The position numbers and the translations under genes are program-made. Below are positions 36,621 to 49,352 of a DNA stretch of 64,000 nucleotides, piece after piece; the stretch's first letter is position 1; each line of letters opens with the position of its first letter. The stretch is taken from positions 930,001 through 994,000 of the forward strand of contig NC_043022.1 in assembly GCF_006345805.1 (NCBI RefSeq), written 5' to 3'. The notes below the pieces were generated by a model, which ran no database searches, had not been told where the DNA came from, and worked only from the letters and a program-made list of their open reading frames with translations. Origin of the DNA: Octopus sinensis. Its lineage: Eukaryota.

Positions 36621-37049
36621 CATAAACATACATACATATATATGTGTGTGTGTGTCTATATATCTATATATATACCTGTAAATTGCTTTTAAATGGCAAC
36701 TGTATGCTACCTTCCTCCTCAACAACATCATCATCATCGTTATCTTCCTCATCATTTAACGCAAATGACTGCCTTATCAAATACATCACTGCATACAAGC
36801 GGCAGGTGGTGAGTGAAATGCAGTGGGGGGGGGAGTGATTGAAATGTTGCCCAATTGCTCAGGTGGAGGCAGGGGGATGCCAAACGGCAAGCAACAGTGG
36901 CTATGGTGGTGGTGGTGTAGAAAGGTCATTAAACTGTTTGTATGGTAAACAAAGGTCAACTTGCACAGGTAATGAACATGGTGGTTTTTTTTTCTTAATT
37001 TTTATTCTTTCTCTCCACATCTCCTTCTCTCTCTCTCCTCTCATTCTTT

Positions 37050-37445
37050 TATTTGTTTCGGTCATTTGACTGTGGCCATGCTGGAGCACCGCTTTGAAGG
37101 ATTTCAGTCGAACAGTTCGAGCCTAGGATTTTATCATTTTTAAGCCAGGCACATATTCTATCGGTCTCTATTGCCAAACCACTAAGTTACAAGGACATAA
37201 ACACACCAACACCGGTTGTCAAGTAGTGGTGGGGAGACAAACACAGACACAAAGATACACACACGCACACAAATATATACACACATATACATATATATGA
37301 TGGGCTTCTTTCAGTTTCCGTCTACCAAATCCACTCACAAGGCTTTGGTCAGCCCAAGGCTATAGAAGAAGACACTTGCCCAAGGTGCCACGCAGTGGGA
37401 CTGAACCCGGAGCCATGTGGTTAGGAAGAAAGCTTCTTACACCAT
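37050..37445 (-). mobile_element. SINE family A, full length
   Basis: Reverse-complement match to 322-706. Confidence 0.85.
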
Positions 37446-37887
37446 ACTTACTTATTGAAACGAAATAAGTACCGGGTTTGATTTATTTCCATAAACCCCT
37501 CAAGGGAGTGCCCCAGCCTGGCCATGGCTACAGTCCAAAGATGAAAACAAGGGAGAGGGGAAACAATTGGCAACATAATCAGCAATGGAGGAGGGTGTCT
37601 TGAAAGTATGGTAAGCCATAATGAGAATAGGGTCCCAAAGGGGCTCATGGTGCAGTTAACCCTTGCTGCACAGGAATTAAATATATACTCAGTTCCATGC
37701 ATGTATACTAGAAACTGAAAAACCTGTCATATATATATATATACACAACAGCTTCTTTCAGTTTCCATCTACCAGATCCACTCACAAGGCCTTGGTTGAC
37801 ACTTGCCCAAGATGTCATGCAGTGGGATTGAACCTGGAACCATGTGGTTGGTAAGCAAACTACTTACCACACAGCCACTCCTGTGCC

Positions 37888-37913
<26 letters not shown>

Positions 37914-37918
<5 letters not shown>

Positions 37919-38182
37919 GTCCCTCAACTATCATGGGTGTTACATCCCAAAACCACCCCGCAATAGATGAAAATCCGTGAAATAGAAACAGTACTGTACT
38001 GTATATTTTTTCTAATTATTTATATAATTTGTATTTATTATTTTAGAATAAATGCAAAACAACACCACAAAGTATGGCCACAGTCAAATGACTGAAACAA
38101 GTAAAAGAGTAAAAAGAGTACAGAGTAAAGGAATCGGCATCACCTTAAATAATAAACCACGATATGGCAAGGGATTGCTGTA
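37914..38182. mobile_element. Tigger/pogo-like MITE containing a SINE-A 3' fragment
   Basis: TAGTAGTCCCTCAACTATC... and ...GATATGGCAAGGGATTGCTGTA imperfect TIRs; TA at the right end. Confidence 0.55.
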
Positions 38183-39010
38183 TATCATGTTTTCTTTTAA
38201 GTCTGCCTAGCTTAAGGTAGCTGCATCTTCATACTAGTAACCACATGATGTGATCAAACTGGGGTACCACATATAAACACATACACACACAAACACAGCC
38301 CTTTTCTCTCAAAGATGAGCCAATCAATAGTTTTTTTTTTAGCATGTGAAAGAGGTGCTTCTCCCTGTAGAATCCCTGGAAGCCAATCTCTCTTCCTTGC
38401 ATGCATTTCTTGCTCAGGTTTTTGTCTAACGGAACAGTTTTGCTTTCCCCCCCTCCCCCCTTATCCAAGTAAAACAAGTTACAAGTTCTTTTCACTGGAA
38501 TCTAACAGCCTACATTTGATTAGTCAAGTACTCAAAGGTCAAAGAGCTACAGTTACAGTTATGACATGCCCTCGCTCTCTCCTCAAGCTGTATTAGAAAA
38601 CAAAGGTTAACACTGTTGATGTTTTTGGGATATATATATAAGTACACACAGGTTATAAACAAGTACACACCCACAAAAGAGCGAAAGAGCAAACCAGGTT
38701 CATTGACACCCAGGTTGCCTGGTGCCACTGACAAAGAACAGATGTTAAAACAATGAGGACTGTAAGAACACAATGGTTGGCTTACAATAGAGTAAACTCC
38801 AATGTAAAATGAATTGGGTGGTAAGCGGGTGTACTGTAGTTCATCTTTGACACTACAGCAGTGGTTGGGGGTGGCACTGGATGTGGTGGTGGTGGTAATT
38901 TTCTACTTGTTTCAATCATTGGACTGTGGTCATGCTGGAGCACTGCCTTGATGTGTTTTAGTCAGACAAATCAAACCCAGTGGGGGAGGGGGTTCCCTTT
39001 TCTCTTTCTT

Positions 39011-39051
<41 letters not shown>

Positions 39052-39072
39052 TTTTCTTTTCTTGTTCTGCAG

Positions 39073-39269
39073 CTCCTGGGGAGACGGTCACAATTGCTGA
39101 AGAGATGGCTTCCAGAGAATGCCTGAGACAATTAATGAAGACTTCACTGCACCAAAAGCCCCTCCTCCTGGGCCCTGCTGCCCAAGGTTTACAACTGGAC
39201 TACAACAGAGTCAACCTCAGCATCCAAAGTCTAGAACAGACAACAGAGAAACAAAAAGCCTTGGCCTAA
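39073..39269 (+). CDS. MRPL44: MRPL44 last coding exon I (197 nt to TAA)
   Basis: ttctgcag|CT CCT GGG GAG...; (A)PGETVTIAEEMASRECLRQLMK...KQKALA*, compared with human [23 protein letters not shown]; stop at 39267-39269. Confidence 0.95.
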
Positions 39270-39908
39270 GATCCTACAAGACACTTTCTCCTCTTTGTCG
39301 TTGGGTTTTGGTTGCCATGGAGACGATGAACATTCCTGGTTAACTGACTGGAGTCTGTCTGTGTGTCAGCCTGATTAATAGAAGCTGTGTCTTTGTGATT
39401 GATTGTTATTGTTAGTCAAACATCTGCTAATGGCAAGGAGATATTGTCATGCGATGGCTTCCTTCATCTTTTAGTCATTTACCATCCCAAGTCCTTCAGG
39501 CCTCTCCTCAGGATTTAACCCTCACCCCAGTTTTCCCTCCTCCCTCCCCAAATGCATGTGAACACAATAAGAGATTGGACCATCACACAGAATCTGTGCC
39601 AGATTGTTGACCTTGCTGTTCCATTTCTCTTTGAAAGCTCACCAATTAAAAAGGTGTCGACAGGTGAGAGGAATATTAAGTCACCAAGCAGGTGACACAG
39701 GTGTAAACCAACAGTGAGCATCAGGACAGAGATTAGGAACGAACCGTTAGGATTTTCACATATGCAGTAATTAGACACTGTAAACACAAATTTGAAAGAG
39801 AAAGGACCTCACATCCAGGGACAGCTTTCAAATCAAGCATCTAATGCCTGCCTGAGAAACCCAGAAACCCATTTTGTAGTTCCATACTCCTTTCTGTTTC
39901 AAGTTGGT

Positions 39909-39970
<62 letters not shown>

Positions 39971-39980
39971 ACATATATGC

Positions 39981-40019
<39 letters not shown>

Positions 40020-40130
40020 TAGGTACGGCATTGATTTTTCCTGAAAACTGAATTTTTTTCAATCCAGGGGTGGTCACCTTCATCAACACACTCTAAATTA
40101 AATAAATATTAAATTTACTTAATTAACTAA
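39270..40130 (+). other. Putative MRPL44 3' UTR with candidate polyA signals (ATTAAA 39645-39650, AATAAA 40101-40106)
   Basis: Mostly unique sequence after the stop codon, with hexamers visible. The true 3' end cannot be determined from DNA alone. Confidence 0.3.
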
Positions 40131-43100
40131 AATACAGGTACCCATACATTAGTGTTAATTAATGCAAATTATAAGAGGTTCCAAACTGTCAGTCTCCAGA
40201 AGATCCGTGTTGCACCTGTGTGTGTGTGTGTGTTTTTGCACATACATACAAAGGCAAATGTATGTCTGTGTGTATATATTTAACCTGTATTAAAACTGCA
40301 ATGTTTCGTTTTTTCTTCCTTGTTGTTGGTTGTTTGTTCTTTAGACTCTCTCTCTCTCTCTCTCTCTCCAAACATGTTTCCTTGTTGCAATGTTTGGATT
40401 ATAAGACAACCCCCACGCCACCGTGCCATTAAATTCTTCCTGCTTGTACGTCTCTATGGAATTCATACATCCTGCCTCATTGAAGTAAACCGTCCTGTAT
40501 TATAACAGAGCTTGTTAGCAACACAGTATAAAGCCGCCCACCAATTTCTGACAGGTAAACAGAAACTGAAAGAAGCCTTATATATATCTGTATATAACAG
40601 GATGATGGGGAGAAAAAACGGTTTTAGTTGCAAATTACATCTGGTCCAGTGCCTGATACCAGCTAAATGTGGCTGAGTTTTCCTTCTTATATCATTACTT
40701 AAAATTATTGTGTAGAATAACTGTATTAATATGACTGAGCGACAGCTGTGTGTCTCTGTTTTCTCATGTAGAAGGCTCTTAAGCACTGCCGGGTTCCTTT
40801 GAGTTACCTCTCTTCTATATGCTATCCATAATCCCTATCTTTCTTTATCAAGTAGCAGTTATATATATATATGTATATGTGTGTGTGTGTGTATATATCA
40901 TCATCATCATCGTTTAACATCCGCTTGCCATGCTAGCATGGGTTGGACGATTTTGACTGGGGGGCAGGCGAACCAGATGGATGCCCTTCCTAACGCCAAC
41001 CACTCCAAGAGTGCAGTGGGTGCTTTTTAGGTGCCACCGGCACGGGGGCCAGTCAATCCCTCCCATAACTTAGTTTCTACCTTCATCCTAGTATTTAACT
41101 GCTAATTAACCAATCCAGTGGGGTTGGGTAGCATCTGTATTATTAGTTACCCTACTAAAAATTAAGAATAAGGGTTAAACCTCATTAAAATCACAGAGCA
41201 CATTGCCCAATATAGTCCAAGATACACTATGTTTGAAATGAAAGACTGAGACAGTCACAACTCCATCACCAGATTCCTTTGAGTTGAAGTCTGCTGAATC
41301 AAAGCTGGTCTTGTCGCTCAGCTATTCCTTGTTTCAGCCATTAGACTGTGGCCAGGCTGGGGCACCGCCATCAAGAATTTTTAGTTGAATGAGTCAACCC
41401 CAGAACTTTTTTTTTTTAAACCTGGTACTTATTCTCTCAATCTTTTGAACTGTTAAGTTACAGGGATTGTAAACACACCAACACCGGTTGTCAAGTATTG
41501 TGGAGGTGGAAGGAGAAACAGACACACACACACATATATATATACACACATTCTGACTGGATCCCACGTGCTGATGGCATGTAAAAAGCACCAACCGAAC
41601 ATAGCCGATGCCAGTACCCCATTACTGGCACGTAAGAAGCACTATCCAAATGTGATCGATGCCAGGCCTGCCCGACCGGCTATTGTGCCGGTGGCACGTA
41701 AAAAGCACCCATTACACTCCCGGAGTGGTTGGCATCAGGAAGGGCATCCAGCTGTAGAAACATTGCCAGATCAGATGGCGGCTGGGGCAGCCGCTGGCTC
41801 TCCAGACCTTAGTCAAACTGTCCAACCCATGCCAGCATGGAAAGTGGACATTAAACGATGATGATGACGATAGGCTTCTTTCAGTTTCCATCTACCAAAT
41901 CCACACACAAGTCTTTGACTAGCCTGAAGCTTATAGTTAAAAACACTTGCCCATGGTGCCACGCAGTGGGACTGAACTTAGAAACCTGTGATTGGAAAGC
42001 AAGCTTCTTACCACACAGCCACGCCTAAGCCTGTGCTTATAAAACAAGGAAATCTGAAAAAAATTTTGTCAATATTTAAAGGGAATTTTAAAGCAAACAA
42101 TGGAAAGAAAGAGATTTTCTTTGTTGTTTTGAGGTGGTGGTGTTTTCTAATCAGCGTCCGGGTTCCAGATTGTTATGACTACAATCCTCTCAGGCTGTTA
42201 TTTCAATAATCCTTGAGTCAAGTATGTTAAGTATTAAATATCTGTCTTAGTTGTTGAAATATTGGCAGAAACTGGTTTAGCACTTGGGCTTTAATTATTT
42301 GACAGAAATTTTACTCCTTTAATTTTGAGTACTTCCAGGATATCATATATATATATATATGTTTGTTTGTGTGCGTGTGTGTATGTATATATATATATAT
42401 ATATGTTTGTATGTGTATGTATATATATGTTTGTGTGTGTGTATATATATATATATTTTTTTGTGTATATGTGTATATATGTGTGTGTGTATCTCTAAAT
42501 TTATGTGTGTGTATATAAATTTATATATATATCTGTATATTTATATGTGTGTATGCATGTATATGTGCATGTGTATATATGTGTGTGCGTATGTACATAC
42601 ATTATATACACTCACACACAGGTACACACATCACTTTAATGTCCATTTTACCACACATGCATGGGTAAGACAAAGATATACACTCACACACGTACACAAT
42701 CAAAAACAAATCTATGCACATTTTCACGTCCACACAATGTGAGAAGCCAGCCCCATCCCTTGTCAAACACATCTTCTAAAATGGTCTCTCAAGTCATCCC
42801 ACTTTAATTCTTTCACTTGACATTATTCATCCCTTTGTGTGGAAATCTGAAGTGACAAAAACTTAACGTCAAGTTGCCCTTGGTATTGTTATTTGATTCC
42901 TGTTGCTATTGTTTCGTAGTTAAGTAGATTACGATGCTCTGACATTGGAACATTTCTTATACATTGTCAGCAACAAAAGTCTTCTCCATCCAAATCAAAC
43001 GAAAGACTGTGTAATGTTCGTATCATCGTCTTTTTCGATGCCGTTGTACTTTTCCATTTACTTCTCCACGGTCCAGTGGGGGTCTGATGAATGTGTGTTG

Positions 43101-43280
43101 GGGCAGTGTTTACTGTGGCTGGACACACTTCCGGTTGCCAACCGTCGCCTATTCCCAAGAGGGGTAACAATCTCTCGGTCTGTCAGTCAAACAACAAACT
43201 GTCCAGGCACGATTAAGGTGGAGAAATGGAAACGAACAACAGTGTATAAATGAGCTTTTTGCTTACAAAAATCGTGCAAC

Positions 43281-43795
43281 CAGTGCCATCTTGAGACATT
43301 GACACACTGGGCAGTTACTCAGGGGCCCACATCTGATCTATGTACACTGTGGCTTACTGTCAATAAATTACTACAGGGCCCAAATCATTGATTTACACAG
43401 GGGCCTTAGAGTCTAGGATCTACTTTTAATCTATGCATGCTGTGGTTTTCTATCAATAAACAAATACTATAGAGCCCAGAGCATTGATTTGCCCAGGGGC
43501 TACACAAGCCTAGGGTCCTAATTCTGATCTGTGAATAAATACTAAAGGGCCCATTGCATTGATTTGCCCAGGGCCATCACAGGTTTAGGGGTTAAAATTC
43601 TGATTATGCCATGGGATACTAATTAAAAGATAAATACTATAGGGACCACTACATTAATTTTCCCGGGGACTTCACGAGTCTAGGGGGCCCATATTCTGAT
43701 CTATGGATGTTGTGGCTTGCTGTCAATGAGTAAATACTATAGAATCCAGTGTAAGGATTGGCCTAGGGACTTATAATTTTGCTAAAATGGCTCTG
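43281..43795. mobile_element. Non-autonomous hAT element with internal degenerate subrepeats of about 100 bp
   Basis: Starts CAGTGCCATCTTGAG and ends CTAAAATGGCTCTG; perfect 8-bp TSD CGTGCAAC (43273-43280, 43796-43803). Confidence 0.85.
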
Positions 43796-43924
43796 CGTGC
43801 AACATATCAAGACATGCTTTCAGAGGGGACTGTAAGTAAACGACACTTAATGAAGCCATTGAACAAACAGCAAATGAAACTAAGATAAATACAAATTGAC
43901 ACAGCCTCCAGCATACTATTTCTC

Positions 43925-44554
43925 TTTTACTTGTTTCAGTCATTTGCCTGTGGCCATGCTGGAGCACCGCCTTTAGTCAAGCAAATTGACCCCAGGACTT
44001 ATTCTTTTGTAAGCCTAGTACTTATTCTATTGGTCTCTTTTGCCGAACAACTAAGTTACGGGGACGTAAACACATCAGCATCGGTTGTCAAGCGATGTTG
44101 GGGGGACAAACACATACACACAAACACACGCACATATATATACATATATACGATGCGCTTCTTTCAGTTTCCTTCTACTAAATCCAATCACAAGGTTTGG
44201 TCAGCGCAAGGCTATAGTAGAAGACACTTGCTTAAGGTGCCACGCAGTAGGAATGAACCCTGAACCATGTGGTTGGTAAGCAAGCTACTTACCACACAGC
44301 CACTAATACACATTCCTAATTCATATGCTACAGATTCTTTTGTCCTTTTACTTGTTGCAGTCATTTAACTGCGGCCATGCTGGAGCACCGCCTTAAAGGG
44401 TTTTTACTCAAAGAAACTGACCCCAAAACTTACTCTTTGTAAGCCTAGTAATTATTCTATCAGACCCTTTTGCTCAACCACTAAGTTATGGGGACATAAA
44501 CACACCAACATTGGTTGTCAAACAATGAGGCGGGGGACAAACACAGACACAAAG

Positions 44555-44587
<33 letters not shown>

Positions 44588-44742
44588 CGACAGGCTTCTT
44601 TCAGTTTCCATCTACCAAATCCACTCGCAAGGCTTTGGTCGGCCAAAGGCTACAGTAGAAGACACTTGCCCAAGGTGCCATGCAATGGGACTGAACCCAA
44701 AATGATGTGGTTGGAAAGCAAGCTACTTGCCACTCAGCCACA
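43925..44742 (-). mobile_element. Two tandem full-length SINE family A copies
   Basis: 43925-44305 and 44345-44742 both match the reverse complement of 322-706. Confidence 0.85.
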
Positions 44743-46347
44743 GTGTACATAGATCAGATGTGGGTCCCTAGATCCTGTGAGACCCCTGGGCAGCTGCCCA
44801 GTGTGCTGATGTCTTAAGATGGCACTGGTTGCATGATCTTAGTAAACAAAAATGTCATTCACACAATGTTGTTTGCTTCCAGATAATATAGTCACCACTT
44901 AAAAGTGGATTTTGCATTAGAACACAGAAATACTGCAATATTTACCAAGAGAAATGCTTAACAGTATTTCGTCTGGCATTACGTTCTGAGTTCAAATTCC
45001 GCCGAGGTCAACTTTGCCTTCCATCCTTTTGGGGTCAATAAATTAATTGCCAGTTACGCACTGGAGTTGATCTAATTGGATGCCAGGCGAAATGCTTAGC
45101 AGTCTTTCGTCCGTCTTTACTTTCTGAGTTCAAATTCCGCCGAGGTCGACTTTGCCTTTCATCCTTTCGGGGTCGATAAATTAAGTACAAGTTGCATACT
45201 GAGATTGATCTAATTGAATGGCCGCCCTACCCCAAAATTTCAGGCCTTGGTCCTATCCAGCTCAAATATTCTGGTTTATGTTCAAACTGGCCATATCTTG
45301 CCTCTTACACCTAGGCTACAATGCTGCTCTAAAAATAATTACGTCTGAAACTTTAAAGCTATGAGGCAATGCATGATTAATTGAAAACTGTGACTAAATA
45401 AGCATTGCATGGGATAGACAAATCTGAATACTACAGGATTAAGATAATGGGGCTGCCATAACAACAATGAAAATTTAGTGCAAGTGATGGGATTAAAAGA
45501 AGACGATATCCTCTTAACTCCACTGGAATTAGGCGACATGACAGGTCAAATTATGTTGTAAGGTCAAGGTTAAAGATATGTATGGCAAACAGAAATTCCT
45601 TGTATCCTTAGCTAATATTTAATTACACTGCCAGAGGTCACACTGTGCACTGGGCAAACATGTTGGGGCACCACACAGATTGTGAACCCCTAAGAACAAA
45701 ATTTCTTACATTAAATTTCTTAAAATTTCTGCATAAGTATCTCCTAGTTTGGGTTGACCAACACCTTGTGAGTGGATTTGGTGGACGGAAACTGAAAGAA
45801 GCTCATCGCATATATAATATATATTCTTTTACTTGTTTCAGTCATCTGACTGTGGCCATGCTGGAGCTCCACCTTTAGTTGAACAATTCGACCCCAGAAC
45901 TTATTCTTGGTAAACCCAGTTCTTATTCTATTGGTTTCTTTTGCCAAACCACTAAGTTACAGGGACATAAACACACCAACATCGGTTGTCAAGTAATATT
46001 TATATATTGTATGTGTTTTTGTGTCTAACCCTAAACCCCTCACCGCTTGACAACCACTATTTGGTGTGTTTACGTCCATGTAACCCAGCAGTTCAGCAAA
46101 AGAGACCAATGGAATAAATAACAGGCTTAAATAAAAATATAAGTAAAGGGGTCAATTCATTCCACTACAAATTCTTCAAGGTGGTGCCCCAGCATGGCCT
46201 AGTTTAATGACCGAAACAAGTGAAAGGTAAAAGAATCTAATTTAAAAAAAAGGTTTTTAAAGAGCTCAAAACAAAGAAAAAAAAGTTGTATCAGTCTTTA
46301 AACTTTAATCTTAGTCTTCATATTCTCAACAAACGATTGGTGTGGAT

Positions 46348-46655
46348 CAGGGTTGGTCAAGCTGAGGCCAGAAACAGACCTTTATTTTGCAGCCCGCTTG
46401 ATACTTTCTTGAAATGGGTTTATTTAAACAAACATTTATCAAAAATTAAAGATTGTAAATGAAAAGTAAAAAAGAGAGATATGACTGTTTTTGCAACGAT
46501 AATATTTCATGTTGAATCAACGATGATTCATTCGTTATTGTAATAATTAGCATGAGGAAACAAAACACTTTCAATTCTGTCAGGATACAAGTGGCCCTCA
46601 AAAACCTTTCTGTAATCAAAGAGGCCCACAATGTAATTTGAGTCGGCCAGGCCTG
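46348..46655. mobile_element. hAT-type MITE
   Basis: CAGGGTTGGTCAA...GGCCAGGCCTG; 8-bp TSD GTGTGGAT/GTGTAGAT (7 of 8 identical). Confidence 0.7.
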
Positions 46656-48278
46656 GTGTAGATATCATCATCATCATCATCATTTAACGTCTGCTTTCCA
46701 TGCTAGCATGGGTTGGACGATTTGACTGAGGTCTGGCGAACGAGACTTCAACCTGATCTGGCAGTGTTTCTACAGCTGGATGCCCTTCCTAATGCCAACC
46801 ACTCCAAGAGTGTAGTGGGTGCTTTTACATGCCACCAGCACGAGGGCTAGTCAGGCGGTACTGGCAACGGCCACGCTCAAAAGGTGATTTTATGTGCTAC
46901 CTGCACAGGAGCCAGTCCAGCGGCACTGGCAACAACCTCGCTCGAAATTGAACAATATTTTATCAATGTCAGTAATTTGAATAGGTACCAGCATGGCTGT
47001 GTGGTTGAGAAGCTTGCATTGCAACTATGTAGTCCTAGGTTCAATTCCACAATGTGGCACCTTGGGTAAGAGCTTTTACTATAGCTCCAGGTTGATCAAA
47101 GCCTTGTGAGTAAATTTTGTAGTGGAAACTGAAAGAAGCCTGTCATGTGTGTCTGTGTGTATCCTTGTCTTGACATTAGGCGATGGTTGGAAACAAGCAA
47201 TGCTGTCATCCAAGCAGTGTTGTTTGTTTTTCCAGTCTTCTGTGAAAAACATGTCCAGCTATGGGAAAATATTACCTTGCATGAAAACAGGTGAAAGTAA
47301 GTGACAGGAAAAACATCCAGCCACAGAAAAATCTGTCTCAACAAAATGTATAAGATCTGTGCAAGCTTGGAAAAGTAGACATTAAATGAGGGTGAATCAG
47401 CAGTTGAATTACTAATACATATTATAACATAAACCAGTGTTTTTGGTTGTATTCACTAAGCTGTCACACATGGGAGGTGGTGGTGGTGAACACTTTGTAG
47501 GATAGGCATGAGACCTTGAAAACATTATTGACACAGCTTTTTCCTCCTTGAATACCACTCACAAGGCTTTGGTCGGCCCGGGGCTATAGTAGAAGACACT
47601 TGCCCAACGTGCCATGCAGTGGGACTGAACCCGGAACCATGTGGTTGGTAAGCAAGCTACTTACCATACAGCCACTCCTACGCCTATATATATATATATG
47701 ATGTGTGTGAGTGTGCATTAGGGACTGTCTTGTCAAAGGCGACGAATGGAAGTTTTGCTAATTCCTTGCTGAATAACCTTCACAGATGATTTGTTTACCG
47801 CAATCAAATGGCTGTGCTGTAAATTAACTCCCTCCCTCCATCAAATCAATGTGGCCTGAACAGGTGCCGAAGGGATTGCCGAGCAACGTGAGATGAAGTG
47901 TTTTGCTCAGTCCAGACAAGGATTGTGGGGGCAACACCCTAACCACTAAGCTACATGTTTCCTCTCGAGCGCACGCGTGTGTGAATGACATTTTCTCAGC
48001 CCCAATAAAACACAATATTTTACTCTACTTTTGGTATTCAACAAACTGTTTCGTTTCGGTCCACCGTCTTTCGCCCCAAATATGAAGCCATCTTCTTTTT
48101 TCTTTTTTTACCTAAGCCATTCATTTTATCTATTTATAGTGCTTCCTTGAATCTCCTTTCAAACTTATTTTCTATATCACTGCACATGATTAATTTTAAC
48201 TCACTAAACTATTGTTACACAATCTCACTGCTTTCATTAAAATAACTAGGGTTATTATGCTTTATAATATCATAACCA

Positions 48279-48692
48279 GGATCTTTTCGGTTTGAACGAC
48301 AGTTTTTTCTAGCGGTGTCAAATGAAATTGTCACCCGTAATTACGACCCTAGTATCGATCTATTGCATTTCAATCTGTTTTAGGGTTAGGGGTGGGTAGG
48401 AAGAGTATCTTTTTCTTCTTCAGAAATGTAAATAAACCCAATCTGATTCTTAAATGAGGGACATATTCATACGGCACAGAATGTTTTCACCTCAACAGAC
48501 GTCATTGATTGGTTGAAATTGCAGAAATTGAAGAAAAACAAACAACAGATATCTTACAAACTATAGAATTTTCTCAATAAAGCCAAGAGAAAACGATGTT
48601 TTATAAACACATTCTACCAGGATACGAAGTTTAAAAGTGTTTAGTTACGTGGAAATTATTTTAAAAAACTGCCGGTCAAACCGAAAAGATCC
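48279..48692. mobile_element. MITE with about 30-bp TIRs
   Basis: GGATCTTTTCGGTTTGAACGACAGTTTTTT and AAAAAACTGCCGGTCAAACCGAAAAGATCC; candidate 8-bp TSD CATAACCA/CGTAACCA. Confidence 0.8.
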
Positions 48693-48961
48693 CGTAACCA
48701 TACTTTTTATCTTCTTTCGAGTCTCAAAGTTGCAAAAACACACACTACTTTCACTTTCCTACCCCACACGTTTATTGTTAACCCTTTTACTATGGAAACC
48801 AGATCTATCCACTCCAAATTTCATTATCTCTAACCGAAAGCAGATTTATTTCCAAATGTTCTTTTGTTGAGGAATATAATGTTTGAAACATTTTTCTGTT
48901 GAGATATGTCAAGTTTATCAAGGCAACGTGACCTGCAGAAAATATCAGTTCTATTTATTTG

Positions 48962-49352
48962 TAGAGGAGTGGCTGCATGGTAAGTAGCTTGCTTACCAAC
49001 CACATGGTTCTGGGTTCATTCCCACTACGTGGCACCTTGGGCAAGTCTCTTCTACAATAGACTCGGGCCGACCAAAGCCTTGTGAGTGGATTTGGTAAAC
49101 GGAAACTGAATGAAGCCCGTCGTATATATGTGTGTGTTTGTGTGTCTGTGTTTGTCCCCCACCCCAACATCGCTTGACAACCGATGCTGGTGTGTTTACT
49201 TCCCCGTTACTTAGCGGCTCGGCAAGAGAGACCGATAGAATAAGTACCAGACTTACAAAGAATAAGTCCTGGGGTCGATTTGCTCGACTAAAGGCGGTGC
49301 TCCAGCATGGCCGCAGTCAAATGACTGAAACGAGTAAAAGAGTAAAAAGAGA
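48962..49352 (+). mobile_element. SINE family A, full length, CpG-intact
   Basis: Matches 322-706; most CG dinucleotides are retained. Confidence 0.9.

Noticed and set aside
53-39072. Intronic snoRNAs, often hosted by ribosomal protein genes
   Set aside because: I found no convincing C/D (RUGAUGA...CUGA with terminal stem) or H/ACA structure by eye. A covariance-model search is needed to exclude them.
40660-41330. Minus-strand two-exon peptide LSDKTSFDSADFNSKES-GNSKGTRQCLRAFYMRK
   Set aside because: Both acceptors are purine-rich (one is a SINE end) and the peptide is unrecognised.
42740-42851. Minus-strand exon after ttttgtcacttcag
   Set aside because: Stops in all three frames and no link to a coding chain.
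43787-43837. AAAATGGCT...ACT|GTAAGT, an apparent first coding exon (MALRATYQDMLSEGT)
   Set aside because: The ATG lies in the right TIR of the hAT element and the rest is TSD plus SINE-G sequence; no downstream exon fits.
48040-48110. Hammerhead-like GAAGA...stem...GAAA on the minus strand
   Set aside because: It lacks the CU of CUGANGA and has no stem I.
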